A stretch of DNA of 32,000 nucleotides from Candidatus Methylomirabilis limnetica (GTDB taxonomy: Bacteria > Methylomirabilota > Methylomirabilia > Methylomirabilales > Methylomirabilaceae): NCBI RefSeq assembly GCF_003044035.1, contig NZ_NVQC01000028.1, positions 30,001-62,000 of the forward strand, given 5' to 3'. Below the pieces are notes generated by a model. The model was given only the letters and a program-made list of their open reading frames with translations. It ran no database searches and was not told the origin of the DNA. How positions within the stretch are numbered: the stretch's first letter is position 1; each line of letters starts with the position of its first letter. Below, one piece after another: positions 21,876 through 32,000 of the stretch. Position numbers and translations under genes: made by a program.

Positions 21876-23792
21876 CTATTTTTTGTCGCCTTTACTGCCG
21901 AGATCCTCGAACTCAGCATCGACCACCCCACCCTCTGGCGCTCCCTGCGATGGCTCACCCTGGCTCTGTTCACCGGGGGCAGCCTGCTTGCTCTGGGCCT
22001 GCTGATAGAGCAGCTCAGCAAGCCGGTGGGAGGCTTTGGTGAGCTGATCAAGCGCCTCGCGCTGCTTTCCCGCCTCTTCGTCCTTCAGGGCCTCCTTGGC
22101 CGCGCTGATGGCGGTCTCCAGCGTGCCCAACTCGGCGATCGGGAGTTTTTCGCGATTCTCGTTCAGTAACTTCTCTGTCTGATAGCACATACTGTCAAGC
22201 TGGTTTCGGACCTCGATCTCCTCGCGCCGCTTCTTATCTTCCTCGGCGCACCGATCGGACTCTTTGACCATTCGCTCGATCTCGTCTTTGGTGAGCCCGG
22301 AGCTGGCAGTGATGGTAACCTTCTGCTCCTTGCTGGTGGCAAGGTCCTTGGCGACAACGTTGAGGATCCCATTGGCGTCGATGTCGAAGGAGACCTCGAT
22401 TTGCGGAAGGCCGCGCGGTGCCGATGGAATTCCCACCAGGTGAAAACGGCCCAGCGTCCGGCTGTCCCTGGCCAGTTGCCGCTCCCCCTGGAGGACATGG
22501 ATCTCCACGCTGGTCTGACTATCTGCCGCCGTCGTGAAGAGTTCGCTCTTGCGGGTCGGGATGGTGGTGTTACGTTCGATCAGCCGAGTCATCACCCCAC
22601 CCAAGGTTTCGATCCCCAGCGAAAGAGGTGTCACGTCCAAGAGGACCACGTCCTTGACGTCACCGACCAACACGCCGGCCTGAATGGCTGCGCCGATCGC
22701 GACCACCTCATCGGGATTGACCCCTTTATGCGGCTCCTTTCCAAAGAGCTCGCGCACGAGCGCTTGAACCTTCGGCATCCTGGTCTGTCCGCCCACCAGC
22801 ACAACCTCATCGATATTGCTTGGATCGAGACCGGCGTCCTTCAATGCCTGACGGCAGGGCCCGATGGACCGTTGGATCAGGCCATCGACCAGTTGTTCGA
22901 GCTTCGCCCTAGTGAGCTTGATGCTCAGGTGCTTTGGGCCGGAAGCGTCGGCCGTGATAAATGGAAGGTTGATCTCGGTTTCCAGTACCGTACTGAGTTC
23001 GCATTTGGCCTTTTCCGCAGCCTCTTTCAGGCGCTGAAGCGCCATCCGATCCTTACGCAGGTCGATCCCCTGATCCTTCTTAAACTCATCCACCAGCCAC
23101 GAGATGATCTGCTCGTCGAAGTCGTCGCCTCCGAGGTGGGTATCGCCGTTGGTGGATTTGACTTCAAAGACCCCTTCACCCAACTCCAGAATCGAAACGT
23201 CGAAGGTCCCCCCTCCCAGGTCATAGACGGCAATCTTCTCATCCTTTTTCTTGTCCAAACCGTAGGCCAGCGCCGCCGCCGTAGGCTCGTTCACGATCCG
23301 GAGTACCTCGAGACCGGCGATCTTGCCGGCATCCTTGGTGGCCTGGCGCTGCGAGTCGTTAAAATAGGCGGGAACGGTGATGACCGCCTGCGTGATCTTC
23401 TCCCCGAGATAGGCCTCGGCATCCGTCTTCATTTTCTGGAGGATCATGGCGGAGATCTCTGGTGGCGAATAGCCCTTCCCTCTTACCTCAACCCCGACAT
23501 CGCCATTGCTGGCCCGAGCCACCTTGTACGGCACCAGCTTGATCTCCTGGCTGACCTCCTCATTACGCCGACCCATGAAGCGCTTGATAGAAAAGATCGT
23601 GTTTTCAGGGTTGGTGGTTGCCTGCCGCTTGGCGACTTGACCTACCAGTCGCTCCCCCTCCTTCGAGAAGGCCACGACCGAAGGGGTCAACCGACCGCCC
23701 TCGGCATTGGGGACCACGACTGGGTCTCCAGCCTCCATGATGGCCATTACGGAATTGGTTGTTCCGAGGTCAATACCGAGAACTTTTGGCAC
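21876..23792 (-). CDS. dnaK: Molecular chaperone DnaK (Hsp70)
   Basis: 638 aa; [30 protein letters not shown]; full length. Confidence 0.98.
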   Translation of the reverse strand: MPKVLGIDLGTTNSVMAIMEAGDPVVVPNAEGGRLTPSVVAFSKEGERLVGQVAKRQATTNPENTIFSIKRFMGRRNEEVSQEIKLVPYKVARASNGDVGVEVRGKGYSPPEISAMILQKMKTDAEAYLGEKITQAVITVPAYFNDSQRQATKDAGKIAGLEVLRIVNEPTAAALAYGLDKKKDEKIAVYDLGGGTFDVSILELGEGVFEVKSTNGDTHLGGDDFDEQIISWLVDEFKKDQGIDLRKDRMALQRLKEAAEKAKCELSTVLETEINLPFITADASGPKHLSIKLTRAKLEQLVDGLIQRSIGPCRQALKDAGLDPSNIDEVVLVGGQTRMPKVQALVRELFGKEPHKGVNPDEVVAIGAAIQAGVLVGDVKDVVLLDVTPLSLGIETLGGVMTRLIERNTTIPTRKSELFTTAADSQTSVEIHVLQGERQLARDSRTLGRFHLVGIPSAPRGLPQIEVSFDIDANGILNVVAKDLATSKEQKVTITASSGLTKDEIERMVKESDRCAEEDKKRREEIEVRNQLDSMCYQTEKLLNENREKLPIAELGTLETAISAAKEALKDEEAGKQREALDQLTKASHRLAELLYQQAQSKQAAPGEQSQGEPSQGAPEGGVVDAEFEDLGSKGDKK

Positions 23793-23869
23793 CTCTTACC
23801 CTCCTGATAAGAAATTGTCACGGTCAAGTGAACCAATGATGGATCTGCTCTTCACTATTCTCGTACGTA

Positions 23870-23898
23870 AAGATAGTACATTAGTCTGCGCCTGTCAA
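23870..23898 (-). promoter_or_regulatory. Sigma70 promoter for dnaK
   Basis: Minus strand reads TTGACA (23898-23893), 17-nt spacer, TATCTT (23875-23870). It is followed by inverted repeat AGTGAA-N18-TTCACT (23856-23827 in minus orientation) before the AGGAGGG Shine-Dalgarno sequence. Confidence 0.55.
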
Positions 23899-23965
23899 CT
23901 ATCATTGCAAGAATTCTTTTAGGTTTTGATCTCACATCTTCTAGTGTCTCCAGTTGGAAAACCCC

Positions 23966-23994
23966 TTGACCCACCGTATCGTGTGGAGTAATGT
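23966..23994 (+). promoter_or_regulatory. Sigma70 promoter for cutA (divergent from dnaK)
   Basis: TTGACC (23966-23971), 17-nt spacer, TAATGT (23989-23994), 65 nt upstream of the cutA ATG. Confidence 0.5.
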
Positions 23995-24059
23995 TGCGAT
24001 AATCCATTGAATATTAAGGGAGAATACTCGGTCTCCGATCTTTATTCGAGGAGGGGAGA

Positions 24060-24386
24060 ATGGAACCGACAACTACCTATATCGTCGTCCTGATTACAGC
24101 AAGCTCCAGACAGGAAGCTGAGACGATCGGTAAGGCGCTGGTCGAGTCCCGGCTGGCAGCCTGCGTGAACATCTCGGCCGGCGTGACCTCCCTCTTCCGG
24201 TGGCAGGGAGCGATCGAACACCAGGAGGAGGTGCTAATGCTGGTGAAGAGCCGCAGCGATCTCCTCCCCTCCATTATTGAGGTCGTAAAAGGGTTACACT
24301 CTTACACTGTACCGGAAGTGGTGGCATTACCCATCCTCGCCGGATCCCCTGACTACCTCGCGTGGGTGGACGAGTCGTTGCGGTAA
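24060..24386 (+). CDS. cutA: Divalent-cation tolerance protein CutA
   Basis: 108 aa; IVVLITASSRQEAETIGKALVESRLAACVNI...SLFRWQGAIE...E..L..K........I...H.Y..PE; GAGGAGGGGAG precedes the ATG. Confidence 0.9.
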   Translation: MEPTTTYIVVLITASSRQEAETIGKALVESRLAACVNISAGVTSLFRWQGAIEHQEEVLMLVKSRSDLLPSIIEVVKGLHSYTVPEVVALPILAGSPDYLAWVDESLR

Positions 24387-24517
24387 ACGCCCGAGGCTCG
24401 CCGAAGGTCACCCTCCACGGCGACCCGGCTTCCCCATCTTCAGGCCGAGTTGACCCTGGCACGACCCTTGCTGCAGGTATAGTTCCTACGAGGAACGCAC
24501 GTTCGCATTTGAAATGC

Positions 24518-24546
24518 TTGACAATCCGATCGAAGAAGGGTATAAA
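24518..24546 (+). promoter_or_regulatory. Near-consensus sigma70 promoter for the lytic transglycosylase gene
   Basis: TTGACA (24518-24523), 17-nt spacer, TATAAA (24541-24546). This leaves a leader of about 100 nt before ATG 24652. Confidence 0.55.
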
Positions 24547-24651
24547 GCCCTACAATTGCCTGCTGTTGTTAGGGCCCTACAGAAAGAGCATATCACCGCG
24601 GCTTCTTGATGCTTGTCGGCTTTGGGTTCACAACCCTCACAGGAGGTCAAG

Positions 24652-26703
24652 ATGTACCAGCGATTCCCTCGAAGGCCCCTAGGGGTAGCGGTCGCCATGT
24701 CGTTGGGCGTATCGCTCCTTGCCTTTACTCCAGCCTTACCTTCCGAGGAGCCGACCCGCCTGCCTGTGCGTGGCACGCAGACAAGTGGTCATAGCCTACA
24801 GCCGCTGAGCTACTCTAAGCATCAGCTCACAGCCGCTGTCGTCTTACCCCATGGCATTCAGGGTGTCCAACCCCAGAGCGCAGCCGTTGACAGCACACCT
24901 CGAAAGACAGGAGAAGACGAGGGGGTCCTTCGGAATGGGTTGGTCCATTCTTCCAGTGGGTTGCAAGCATTGGCGGCAGGGAATCGAGCCAAGGCCCAGG
25001 AAGAGTTGGAGATCTCAACGAGTATCCTGGCGAAGATCTCCGGGGTAGCGACTTCAGGTAATCTTCGCTTCCAGCTCATTGAAGAAATAGCTCTCCTCAA
25101 GGCGGCACTTTCTGGCGCCTCTCCAGGTCAAGAAGTCATTGGCCAGGCAAACGAACAGGATGAGGAAGAGGACGAAGCCGATACGGAGGCGGCCCCTGAC
25201 CTTGTCGCTCCCGAAGAAGCGCAGAGGCTGGCGCCTGCGCAGGGCGAGATCGTTTCGATGCCTGATCTGGACCTGAGCAACTTTGACGTGCCGATCGTAC
25301 TCAATGAACAAGTCAAGGCGTACATCCTGTACTATCAAGGCCGAAAGCAGGGGGTGATGAACCGGGCCTTTGAGCGTTCAGGGCGGTACCTGCCGATGAT
25401 GCGCGGAATCTTTCGGGATCAGGACCTCCCGTTGGATCTGATCAATCTGGCGTACATCGAAAGCACCTTCAACTATCGCGCTTACTCCAAGGCAAAGGCC
25501 TCCGGGATCTGGCAGTTCATCAAAGCGACCGGGAATCGGTATGGAATGAAGGTGACCTACTGGCTTGATGAACGACGGGATCCGGAAAAAGCAACCCGCG
25601 GGGCAGCCGCCTACATGAAAGAGCTGTACGGGATGTTTCATTCCTGGCCGCTGGCGCTGGCCGCGTACAACGCAGGCGAGAATCGAATTCAGCGGGCTAT
25701 CGAACGGCAGGGGACTACTGATTTCTGGTCATTAAAGCTTCCGAAAGAGACCCAACTCTTTGTCCCGGCCTTCATGGCGATCACCATCATTGCCAAGGAC
25801 CCAGCTCGGTACGGTTTCACTGCGCCGGTTGAGGAGCCCTGGGAGGTAGAGCGAGTGACGGTACCCGGGGCCATTGAGCTTCGTGCTATTGCTCGGGCGG
25901 TGGGCGTTCCGTCCGATGTCATCCGTGATCTCAATCCAGCCTTGATGCGTGGGGTGACCCCTGTCACCTCCGCTGGGCATGAGATCTCTCTGCCGCTTGG
26001 CACGAAGGGAATCCTTTTGGCCAACCTGGATCAGTTGCCGAGATCCACTTCCCGTGAGGTGGTTCAGGTCGCAGGCCGGTGGCATCGGGTGAAAAGAGGG
26101 GAGAGTCTGGGGTCGATCGCGTCGCAGCACAAGACGACCGCTGCCGGGCTCGCCAACCTCAATGGGGTAAAAGTTAGCGATGGGCTGAAGGTAGGGGCGC
26201 TGCTCCGATTGTCGCCAGCCAAACCATCGAGTGAGCGAGCCACAATCGTTGCTCGATCTACCCGCCCCCAGACAGGCGCAACGCGGACCCAGGAGGCCAC
26301 TCCACCCTCCCGCTCCAGCACCCACATCGTCAAGCGCGGCGACACACTCTTTGGCATCGCCAGGGCCTACGCTGTCACGCCTGAGGAACTCCGACGATGG
26401 AATGATAACGATCTGAGAGGCCAGACGAAGATCAGACCTGGGCAGTCCCTTCGACTTAGCTCAGAGCAGGCATTACAGGTGGTCGCTCAGGCTGGTAAGA
26501 GCAACCGTGAGGTTCACCGGAGCGCTCCTGCTGCTTCCACAGTCCCTGCCCTGTATCACCGGGTGAAAAGAGGCGATACCCTATGGGCGATCGCCAGAAT
26601 CCATGATGTCACGCCGGAAGAACTCCGCCGATGGAATGACCTTGGGCGTCAGGCCAAGCTCCGTACGGGTCAGGATCTGATGATCCGTCTCAGCGAGAGC
26701 TAA
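24652..26703 (+). CDS. mltD: Membrane-bound lytic murein transglycosylase D-like (SLT domain plus three LysM repeats)
   Basis: Start [25 protein letters not shown] after AGGAGG. SLT core [28 protein letters not shown]...[10 protein letters not shown]. Three LysM units ([13 protein letters not shown].., [13 protein letters not shown].., [13 protein letters not shown]..). Confidence 0.9.
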   Translation: MYQRFPRRPLGVAVAMSLGVSLLAFTPALPSEEPTRLPVRGTQTSGHSLQPLSYSKHQLTAAVVLPHGIQGVQPQSAAVDSTPRKTGEDEGVLRNGLVHSSSGLQALAAGNRAKAQEELEISTSILAKISGVATSGNLRFQLIEEIALLKAALSGASPGQEVIGQANEQDEEEDEADTEAAPDLVAPEEAQRLAPAQGEIVSMPDLDLSNFDVPIVLNEQVKAYILYYQGRKQGVMNRAFERSGRYLPMMRGIFRDQDLPLDLINLAYIESTFNYRAYSKAKASGIWQFIKATGNRYGMKVTYWLDERRDPEKATRGAAAYMKELYGMFHSWPLALAAYNAGENRIQRAIERQGTTDFWSLKLPKETQLFVPAFMAITIIAKDPARYGFTAPVEEPWEVERVTVPGAIELRAIARAVGVPSDVIRDLNPALMRGVTPVTSAGHEISLPLGTKGILLANLDQLPRSTSREVVQVAGRWHRVKRGESLGSIASQHKTTAAGLANLNGVKVSDGLKVGALLRLSPAKPSSERATIVARSTRPQTGATRTQEATPPSRSSTHIVKRGDTLFGIARAYAVTPEELRRWNDNDLRGQTKIRPGQSLRLSSEQALQVVAQAGKSNREVHRSAPAASTVPALYHRVKRGDTLWAIARIHDVTPEELRRWNDLGRQAKLRTGQDLMIRLSES

Positions 26704-26784
26704 CACAGGTCTCTTCGACCTCTTACCCAGCTTCCCTATTCAGCTCTTTTGGCATCATAGCCCGAGGGTAGCTCTTTCAACTGC

Positions 26785-27036
26785 ATGCAAGGACCAGTCG
26801 TCCCACCAGGCGGTCCTGACCGACGTATTCGGTTCAAGGCAGGCGTTGCCTGCATTGCTGTGAGCTTCCTGGTCTATCCAGCCTATGTTGCAATTCCTTT
26901 CCTCTCACTTTCAAGTACGACGAAGCTCACCATCACTCTCATCGCTTCGATCCTGAGCTGGGGGACCTTTTGTGCCGGCTCCTACCTGAGCGGGCGAGAC
27001 GGGTATGAGTGGCTCAAGCGACGACTGCGTCGCTGA
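26785..27036 (+). CDS. Small two-TM membrane protein, function unknown
   Basis: 83-aa ORF with two hydrophobic segments (VACIAVSFLVYPAYVAIPFL, LTITLIASILSWGTFCAGSYL) and a basic C-terminus. Confidence 0.5.
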   Translation: MQGPVVPPGGPDRRIRFKAGVACIAVSFLVYPAYVAIPFLSLSSTTKLTITLIASILSWGTFCAGSYLSGRDGYEWLKRRLRR

Positions 27037-27174
27037 TCTGTATCGGACAAATCGATCGCTGCCTTACCCTGTCTCCCCCTCTGAACCCCATGCTCCTTTT
27101 CAAAGGGGATATCTCCGTGTTAGGCGAAAAGGATGTAGGCCATGATCAGCATTGTGGGATGGGATAGATATGGC

Positions 27175-27207
27175 AGGTAGATAGACTGTAGTCTTTTAGA
27201 CTGTAGG
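27175..27207. repeat. Heptamer-type repeat/hairpin related to the 11447-11535 repeat
   Basis: 27175-27188 AGGTAGATAGACTG is the exact complement of CAGTCTATCTACCT (11462-11475 and 11522-11535). AGACTGTAG occurs twice (27184-27192, 27199-27207) around AGTCT-TTT-AGACT. Confidence 0.55.
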
Positions 27208-27294
27208 AGCGTGCACAGACGAGCCACGCATTTCCGAATACGACGCGAACATGATGGAGACCGAAGCGGGATCTACTTGGCTACCATACCACGC

Positions 27295-28341
27295 TCAGAG
27301 GCTAGCCGTCTCGATCTTCACCTTGGCCCGCGCCCGCACTTGGCGAATCCAGTCGGTAAACACCTGATCCCGCTTCCTTCCCAAAAGCCCATGGCTGAAT
27401 TGGGCTTTCTCGCGTTCGAATTCTGCGGGACTCGGGTCTTTTCGATCGGAGACTCGGAGGATGTAGCTCGCCTTCGTACCTTGGATGATCGGGCTGATTG
27501 TCCCCCGCTCCAGCGCCAACGCGGTCTCTTTAAACGTCTGCTGATCCAGTACCTGCGGGAGATCACGATCCCATGAGAAGAAATCGCTGACAAGCGGCTT
27601 GAGTCCGGACGCCTTGACGATCTCCTCCCAGGATTTTTTCTCCTTGGCCAGTCCGGCAACTTTCTGAATGGTGGCCTGTTGTGTCTTTGAATCTGAGAAC
27701 AACAAGTACTCGGCCTTCACGGAAGCTCGGTTAAAGCGAAACGCCTCCCACTCCTCATCCGGGAGGAGATGAATCCCTCCCTTCACCCACTCTTCAACCT
27801 TACGAATCAGCAGATCCTCACGCAGGCCCTCCTCGAACCTCTCAGGGGTCAGGCTCGCAGATTGGAGGGTCCGGAGATACTGGTCGCGGTTGAAACCGGT
27901 CGCGTTGCTGAAGACCGGCATCTTTGTGATCTCTGCGACCAGTTCGTCAGGGCTAATCACAATGCCCAATCGCTTCGCCTCGTGAAGCAGTAGACGACGC
28001 CCAATGAGCGCTTCTACGATCTGCCCTTTCAGGTTCAGTTGTTCGAGGATTTTTTCATCAAACTTATCACCCAATTTCTCTTGGTACTGCCGATACTGAC
28101 GCTGGTAGGCCTGCTGATACTCCGTATAGGGAATTTTCTCACCCTCAACGGCAGCAATGGGATTCTGGGTGTCCTGCCCGCCAGGACCAGACGCGGAACG
28201 GAATCCCCAGACTAGGAAGGTGGTCCCAACAAAGGCAAAGATCACTAGCCACATCGTAATGCCTAGCGCTTTTTTATATCCTCGCATTCGCCTCAGCACA
28301 GCAATGCCCTCCATTGAAGTTTCCAACGCCAACACGTTCAT
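27295..28341 (-). CDS. Periplasmic chaperone with SurA N-terminal-like domain (PpiD-like, no parvulin domain evident)
   Basis: Maximal ORF 348 aa; N-terminal TM anchor ALGITMWLVIFAFVGTTFLVWGF, then a PpiD/SurA-N-like region (YQRQYRQYQEKLGDKFDEKILEQLNLKGQIVEALIGRRLLLHEAKRLGI). True start may be ATG 28314 or 28287. Confidence 0.7.
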   Translation of the reverse strand: MNVLALETSMEGIAVLRRMRGYKKALGITMWLVIFAFVGTTFLVWGFRSASGPGGQDTQNPIAAVEGEKIPYTEYQQAYQRQYRQYQEKLGDKFDEKILEQLNLKGQIVEALIGRRLLLHEAKRLGIVISPDELVAEITKMPVFSNATGFNRDQYLRTLQSASLTPERFEEGLREDLLIRKVEEWVKGGIHLLPDEEWEAFRFNRASVKAEYLLFSDSKTQQATIQKVAGLAKEKKSWEEIVKASGLKPLVSDFFSWDRDLPQVLDQQTFKETALALERGTISPIIQGTKASYILRVSDRKDPSPAEFEREKAQFSHGLLGRKRDQVFTDWIRQVRARAKVKIETASL

Positions 28342-28508
28342 GTTGTTTAATAACTCTTTATGCTATCGCATTGTGACGATCGGCGCAACCCTTTTTATTT
28401 CTCGATCCAATTTCCGCCCTAGATACTACTTGTATTTCACGTTCTTATATGCTACAAAAAGTCCTAAAATCGTGTACGGCCTGCATAGCAGTGGGCGTCA
28501 CAAATTAG

Positions 28509-29552
<1,044 letters not shown>

Positions 29553-29646
29553 TGCGGTCTGCCGACGGCCCGTCGATCCTTTCGCTTGAGATACCAAGAC
29601 TTCACGTCTCCCCGCAACTCAGTATAAGTAGACAGTAGGGACAGGC

Positions 29647-30510
29647 ATGACTCGGCTGCTGCTTCGATATCGGCGGATGCTAGTCCTCCCGACCGCCCTG
29701 CTCTTGGCCTTCGTGCTGATGACACTGCAGGCGCGCAGCGGCAGCGCCATCGCTGACTTCGCGAAGCTCATCCTTCTCACCTCCATCTCCCCATTCCTTC
29801 GACTTACCACGAAGAGCTTCGACATAACCGCTACGCTCTGGAATGAGTACGTCGATCTCCGCCGGGTCAGCCGCGACAACCAGCTCTTGAAGGAAGAGGT
29901 TCGGCAGCTCCGGACTGAGGTGGGAGAGCTACACGAGACAGCCCTGGAGCACTCTCGCTTGAGCCAACTCTTCCAGATGAGTAGTCGAGTGGGTACGGAG
30001 GCGATCGTTGCCAAGGTGATCGGAAAGGACGCCACGAACTGGTTCAGAACGATCCTGATCGACAGGGGTGCGGACCAGGGGATCGCGCGCCACATGGCGG
30101 TCGTGACCGCCGAAGGGTTGGTAGGGAGAGTGGTGGACGTGATGGCGCGCACGGCTCGGGTACAGCTCATTACCGACCCGGAGAGCGCCGTGGGCGTTCT
30201 CATCCAGCGAAGCCGCGTCGTCGGGGTAGCAGCGGGGAGCCTGGGGGGGACCACCCAGATCAAGTATCTTCCGTTAATGGCTGACGTGGCCGTCGGCGAT
30301 CGGGTCATCACCTCGGGGATGGGCGGTATCTTTCCGAAAGGCATCCCGGTGGGTAGGGTCGTACGATCAGGTCGGCCGACGAGCGGGGCCTTGTTCCAAT
30401 CTACTGAGGCGCAGCCTCATGCTAACTTCTCGCGTCTGGAGGAAGTGCTGGTCCTGAAATGGCCACCCTCGCGAGACTTGTCATGGGCAGACAGGGAGCC
30501 TCTGCCGTGA
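29647..30510 (+). CDS. mreC: Rod-shape determining protein MreC
   Basis: 287 aa; N-terminal TM, coiled coil NQLLKEEVRQLRTEV, then VITSGMGGIFPKGIPVGRV, typical of MreC. Position is between mreB and mreD. Confidence 0.9.
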   Translation: MTRLLLRYRRMLVLPTALLLAFVLMTLQARSGSAIADFAKLILLTSISPFLRLTTKSFDITATLWNEYVDLRRVSRDNQLLKEEVRQLRTEVGELHETALEHSRLSQLFQMSSRVGTEAIVAKVIGKDATNWFRTILIDRGADQGIARHMAVVTAEGLVGRVVDVMARTARVQLITDPESAVGVLIQRSRVVGVAAGSLGGTTQIKYLPLMADVAVGDRVITSGMGGIFPKGIPVGRVVRSGRPTSGALFQSTEAQPHANFSRLEEVLVLKWPPSRDLSWADREPLP

Positions 30511-30989
30511 TCGCATTCCTGCTCGCGCTCTTCAGCACTTGCCTCCTTCAGACCGCCATCGTCCCTAGCCTGGCCATAGGCGGTATTCAGCCGGACCTGT
30601 TTCTGATCCTTCTCTTCGGGCTGAGTCTGTCGGCAGGACCAGAGCTGACAGCAACCGCCGGTTTCTTCATCGGGCTATACCAGGACTCCCTCTCCGGCGC
30701 CCCCCTTGGCCTAAACGCGTTCGCGTTGAGCCTGATCGGCTTCCTGGTGAATCGGTTGAGTCGACAGGTAAAGACGACGGATCTCCTGGGGCGATTTGCT
30801 ATGCTCTGCCTGGCTGGCCTGTTGTCCGGGCTTATCACCCTCCTGCTCCTCCGCTTCTTCCATGCTCCCCGCCCCATCGCTTCAGCTCTCCTGTGGACCG
30901 CGCTGCCAGGAGCGCTCTACACCGCGATGGTAGGGACCGGGCTGCTCGCCATGCTAAAGCCACATACCACCATGGGTCTCACCCGATGA
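30507..30989 (+). CDS. mreD: Rod-shape determining protein MreD
   Basis: Polytopic hydrophobic protein directly after mreC. Start chosen at GTG 30507 (GTGA overlap with the mreC stop, AGGGAG 8 nt upstream); alternatives are ATG 30483 and 30459. Confidence 0.8.
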   Translation: MIAFLLALFSTCLLQTAIVPSLAIGGIQPDLFLILLFGLSLSAGPELTATAGFFIGLYQDSLSGAPLGLNAFALSLIGFLVNRLSRQVKTTDLLGRFAMLCLAGLLSGLITLLLLRFFHAPRPIASALLWTALPGALYTAMVGTGLLAMLKPHTTMGLTR

Positions 30990-32000
30990 GCTGGGAACAT
31001 GAGACCCCGAACCCCTATGCCCCCTTCCAGAAGCGGATCATGGTTGGAGCCTTTCTGATCTCCGGAGCCATTCTGTTACTACTGCTCCGTCTCTGGGCTC
31101 TACAAATTCTGGAAGGCGAACGCATGCTCCTCCTCTCTCGCAATAACCGCCTGCGCTTGCGTCCGGCCGAGGCACCCCGAGGGCTCATTCTCGACCGAAA
31201 CGGAGAGCTCATGGTGGAGAATCTGGCGTCCTTCGACCTGTATGCCTTGCCGGAGGACATGCCTGATATCGAGGAGACTACGCGCCACCTCGCCGCGATC
31301 CTTCAGTCCTCACCAGACGAGCTGAGACAGCGCGTCTCGCAACGGCAGGGCTCGCAGCTAGAGCCTGTGCTGCTGCGCAAAGGAGTAGATGAGCGAACTG
31401 TGATGGCCATCGAGGAGCAAAAGATCGATCTTCCGGGGGTCAGCCTTCGAGTCAGACCGGTGCGCACCTATCCGAAGGGCAGCTCGGCCGCCACCCTGCT
31501 GGGCTACGTTACCGAGGTGAGCCAGGCGCAGCTCAAGTCGAAGGATTTTCAGGACTTCCGCTCGGGTGAGACAATGGGGCAGGCCGGTATCGAGCGGCGA
31601 TACGACGCGTTCATTCGAGGCGTCGACGGTGGGGAGCAGGTGGAGGTGGACGCGATCGGAAGAGTCAGTCGGTTGATCCAGGCGGTTGAACCGCAGTCCG
31701 GGTTTAACCTGCACCTCACTCTCGATAGCCGGCTACAGCGGGTCGCAGAGGAGGCCTTCCAGGGCAGAAGCGGCGCGCTCATCGCCATCCACCCGTCCAC
31801 TGGTGAAATCCTGGCCATGGTGAGCCAACCAACGTATGACCCAAACCAGTTCTCCCAGCGGATGACCCCGGAGCAGTGGCGTGGGCTTATCTCGAGTCCT
31901 CATCATCCCATGCAGAATAAAGGGCTCCAGGGCCAGTACCCACCCGGCTCCATCTTCAAGCTGGTGACCGCGCTTGCCGCCCTCGAGAAGGGCGTCATCA
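30986..32000 (+). CDS. mrdA: Penicillin-binding protein 2 (elongasome transpeptidase), 5' part; runs off right edge
   Basis: Own translation from ATG 30986 (ATGA overlap with the mreD stop): MSWEHETPNPYAPFQKRIMVGAFLISGAILLLLLRLWALQILEGE...RGLILDRNGELMVEN...LIAIHPSTGEILAMVSQPTYDPN...YPPGSIFK (SxxK). Confidence 0.92.
   Translation, partial: MSWEHETPNPYAPFQKRIMVGAFLISGAILLLLLRLWALQILEGERMLLLSRNNRLRLRPAEAPRGLILDRNGELMVENLASFDLYALPEDMPDIEETTRHLAAILQSSPDELRQRVSQRQGSQLEPVLLRKGVDERTVMAIEEQKIDLPGVSLRVRPVRTYPKGSSAATLLGYVTEVSQAQLKSKDFQDFRSGETMGQAGIERRYDAFIRGVDGGEQVEVDAIGRVSRLIQAVEPQSGFNLHLTLDSRLQRVAEEAFQGRSGALIAIHPSTGEILAMVSQPTYDPNQFSQRMTPEQWRGLISSPHHPMQNKGLQGQYPPGSIFKLVTALAALEKGVI

Noticed and set aside
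19516-24059. HAIR (CTTGAGT-N7-ACTCAAG) and CIRCE (TTAGCACTC-N9-GAGTGCTAA) operators in heat-shock promoters
   Set aside because: There is no match at these promoters. The nearest is CTTGCAT-N10-ACTCAAC (21201-21224), which has the wrong spacing and a poor left half-site.

Overview
GC-rich bacterial chromosomal segment from a diderm organism (lpxC, SurA/PpiD-like chaperone, mreBCD-mrdA); I cannot name the lineage from sequence alone. It has two parts. (1) Positions 1-5880 are an accessory patch. It holds an interrupted tyrosine recombinase running off the left edge and two intact-looking vapBC modules. It also holds a relic type I-C CRISPR-Cas locus (3' half of cas2, leader, one repeat, one spacer, 9 nt of a second repeat). 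The rest is a mosaic of nucleotidyltransferase (MNT) / HEPN cassettes and an ORF6N gene, most of them truncated, duplicated, split or carrying nonsense codons. (2) Positions 6073-32000 are core genes, nearly all on the minus strand up to 23.8 kb. These are lpxC; DUF721/DciA-like, RNase HI and a DUF164 zinc-ribbon protein; tRNA(CAT); an expanded MMS operon rpsU-yqeY-mutS2-dnaG-rpoD; a cyclophilin locus; a lipoprotein; htpX; and the heat-shock operon dnaK-hsp20-dnaJ-hspR. On the plus strand follow cutA, a LysM lytic transglycosylase, a small membrane protein and mreB-mreC-mreD-mrdA (partial), with a minus-strand PpiD-like chaperone between the membrane protein and mreB. The most unusual observations are these. 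Intergenic spacers next to highly expressed genes are built from inverted arrays of degenerate heptanucleotide repeats with a TCAG/CTGA core, which form long hairpins and place stop codons in all frames. The CRISPR-Cas relic breaks exactly at a 15-bp inverted repeat. An AT-rich, apparently foreign cyclophilin gene sits between the N- and C-terminal stumps of a resident cyclophilin gene. I found no complete novel multi-gene system that I can defend. The long ORFs antisense to rpoD, dnaK, htpX, mreB and mreC are shadow ORFs.
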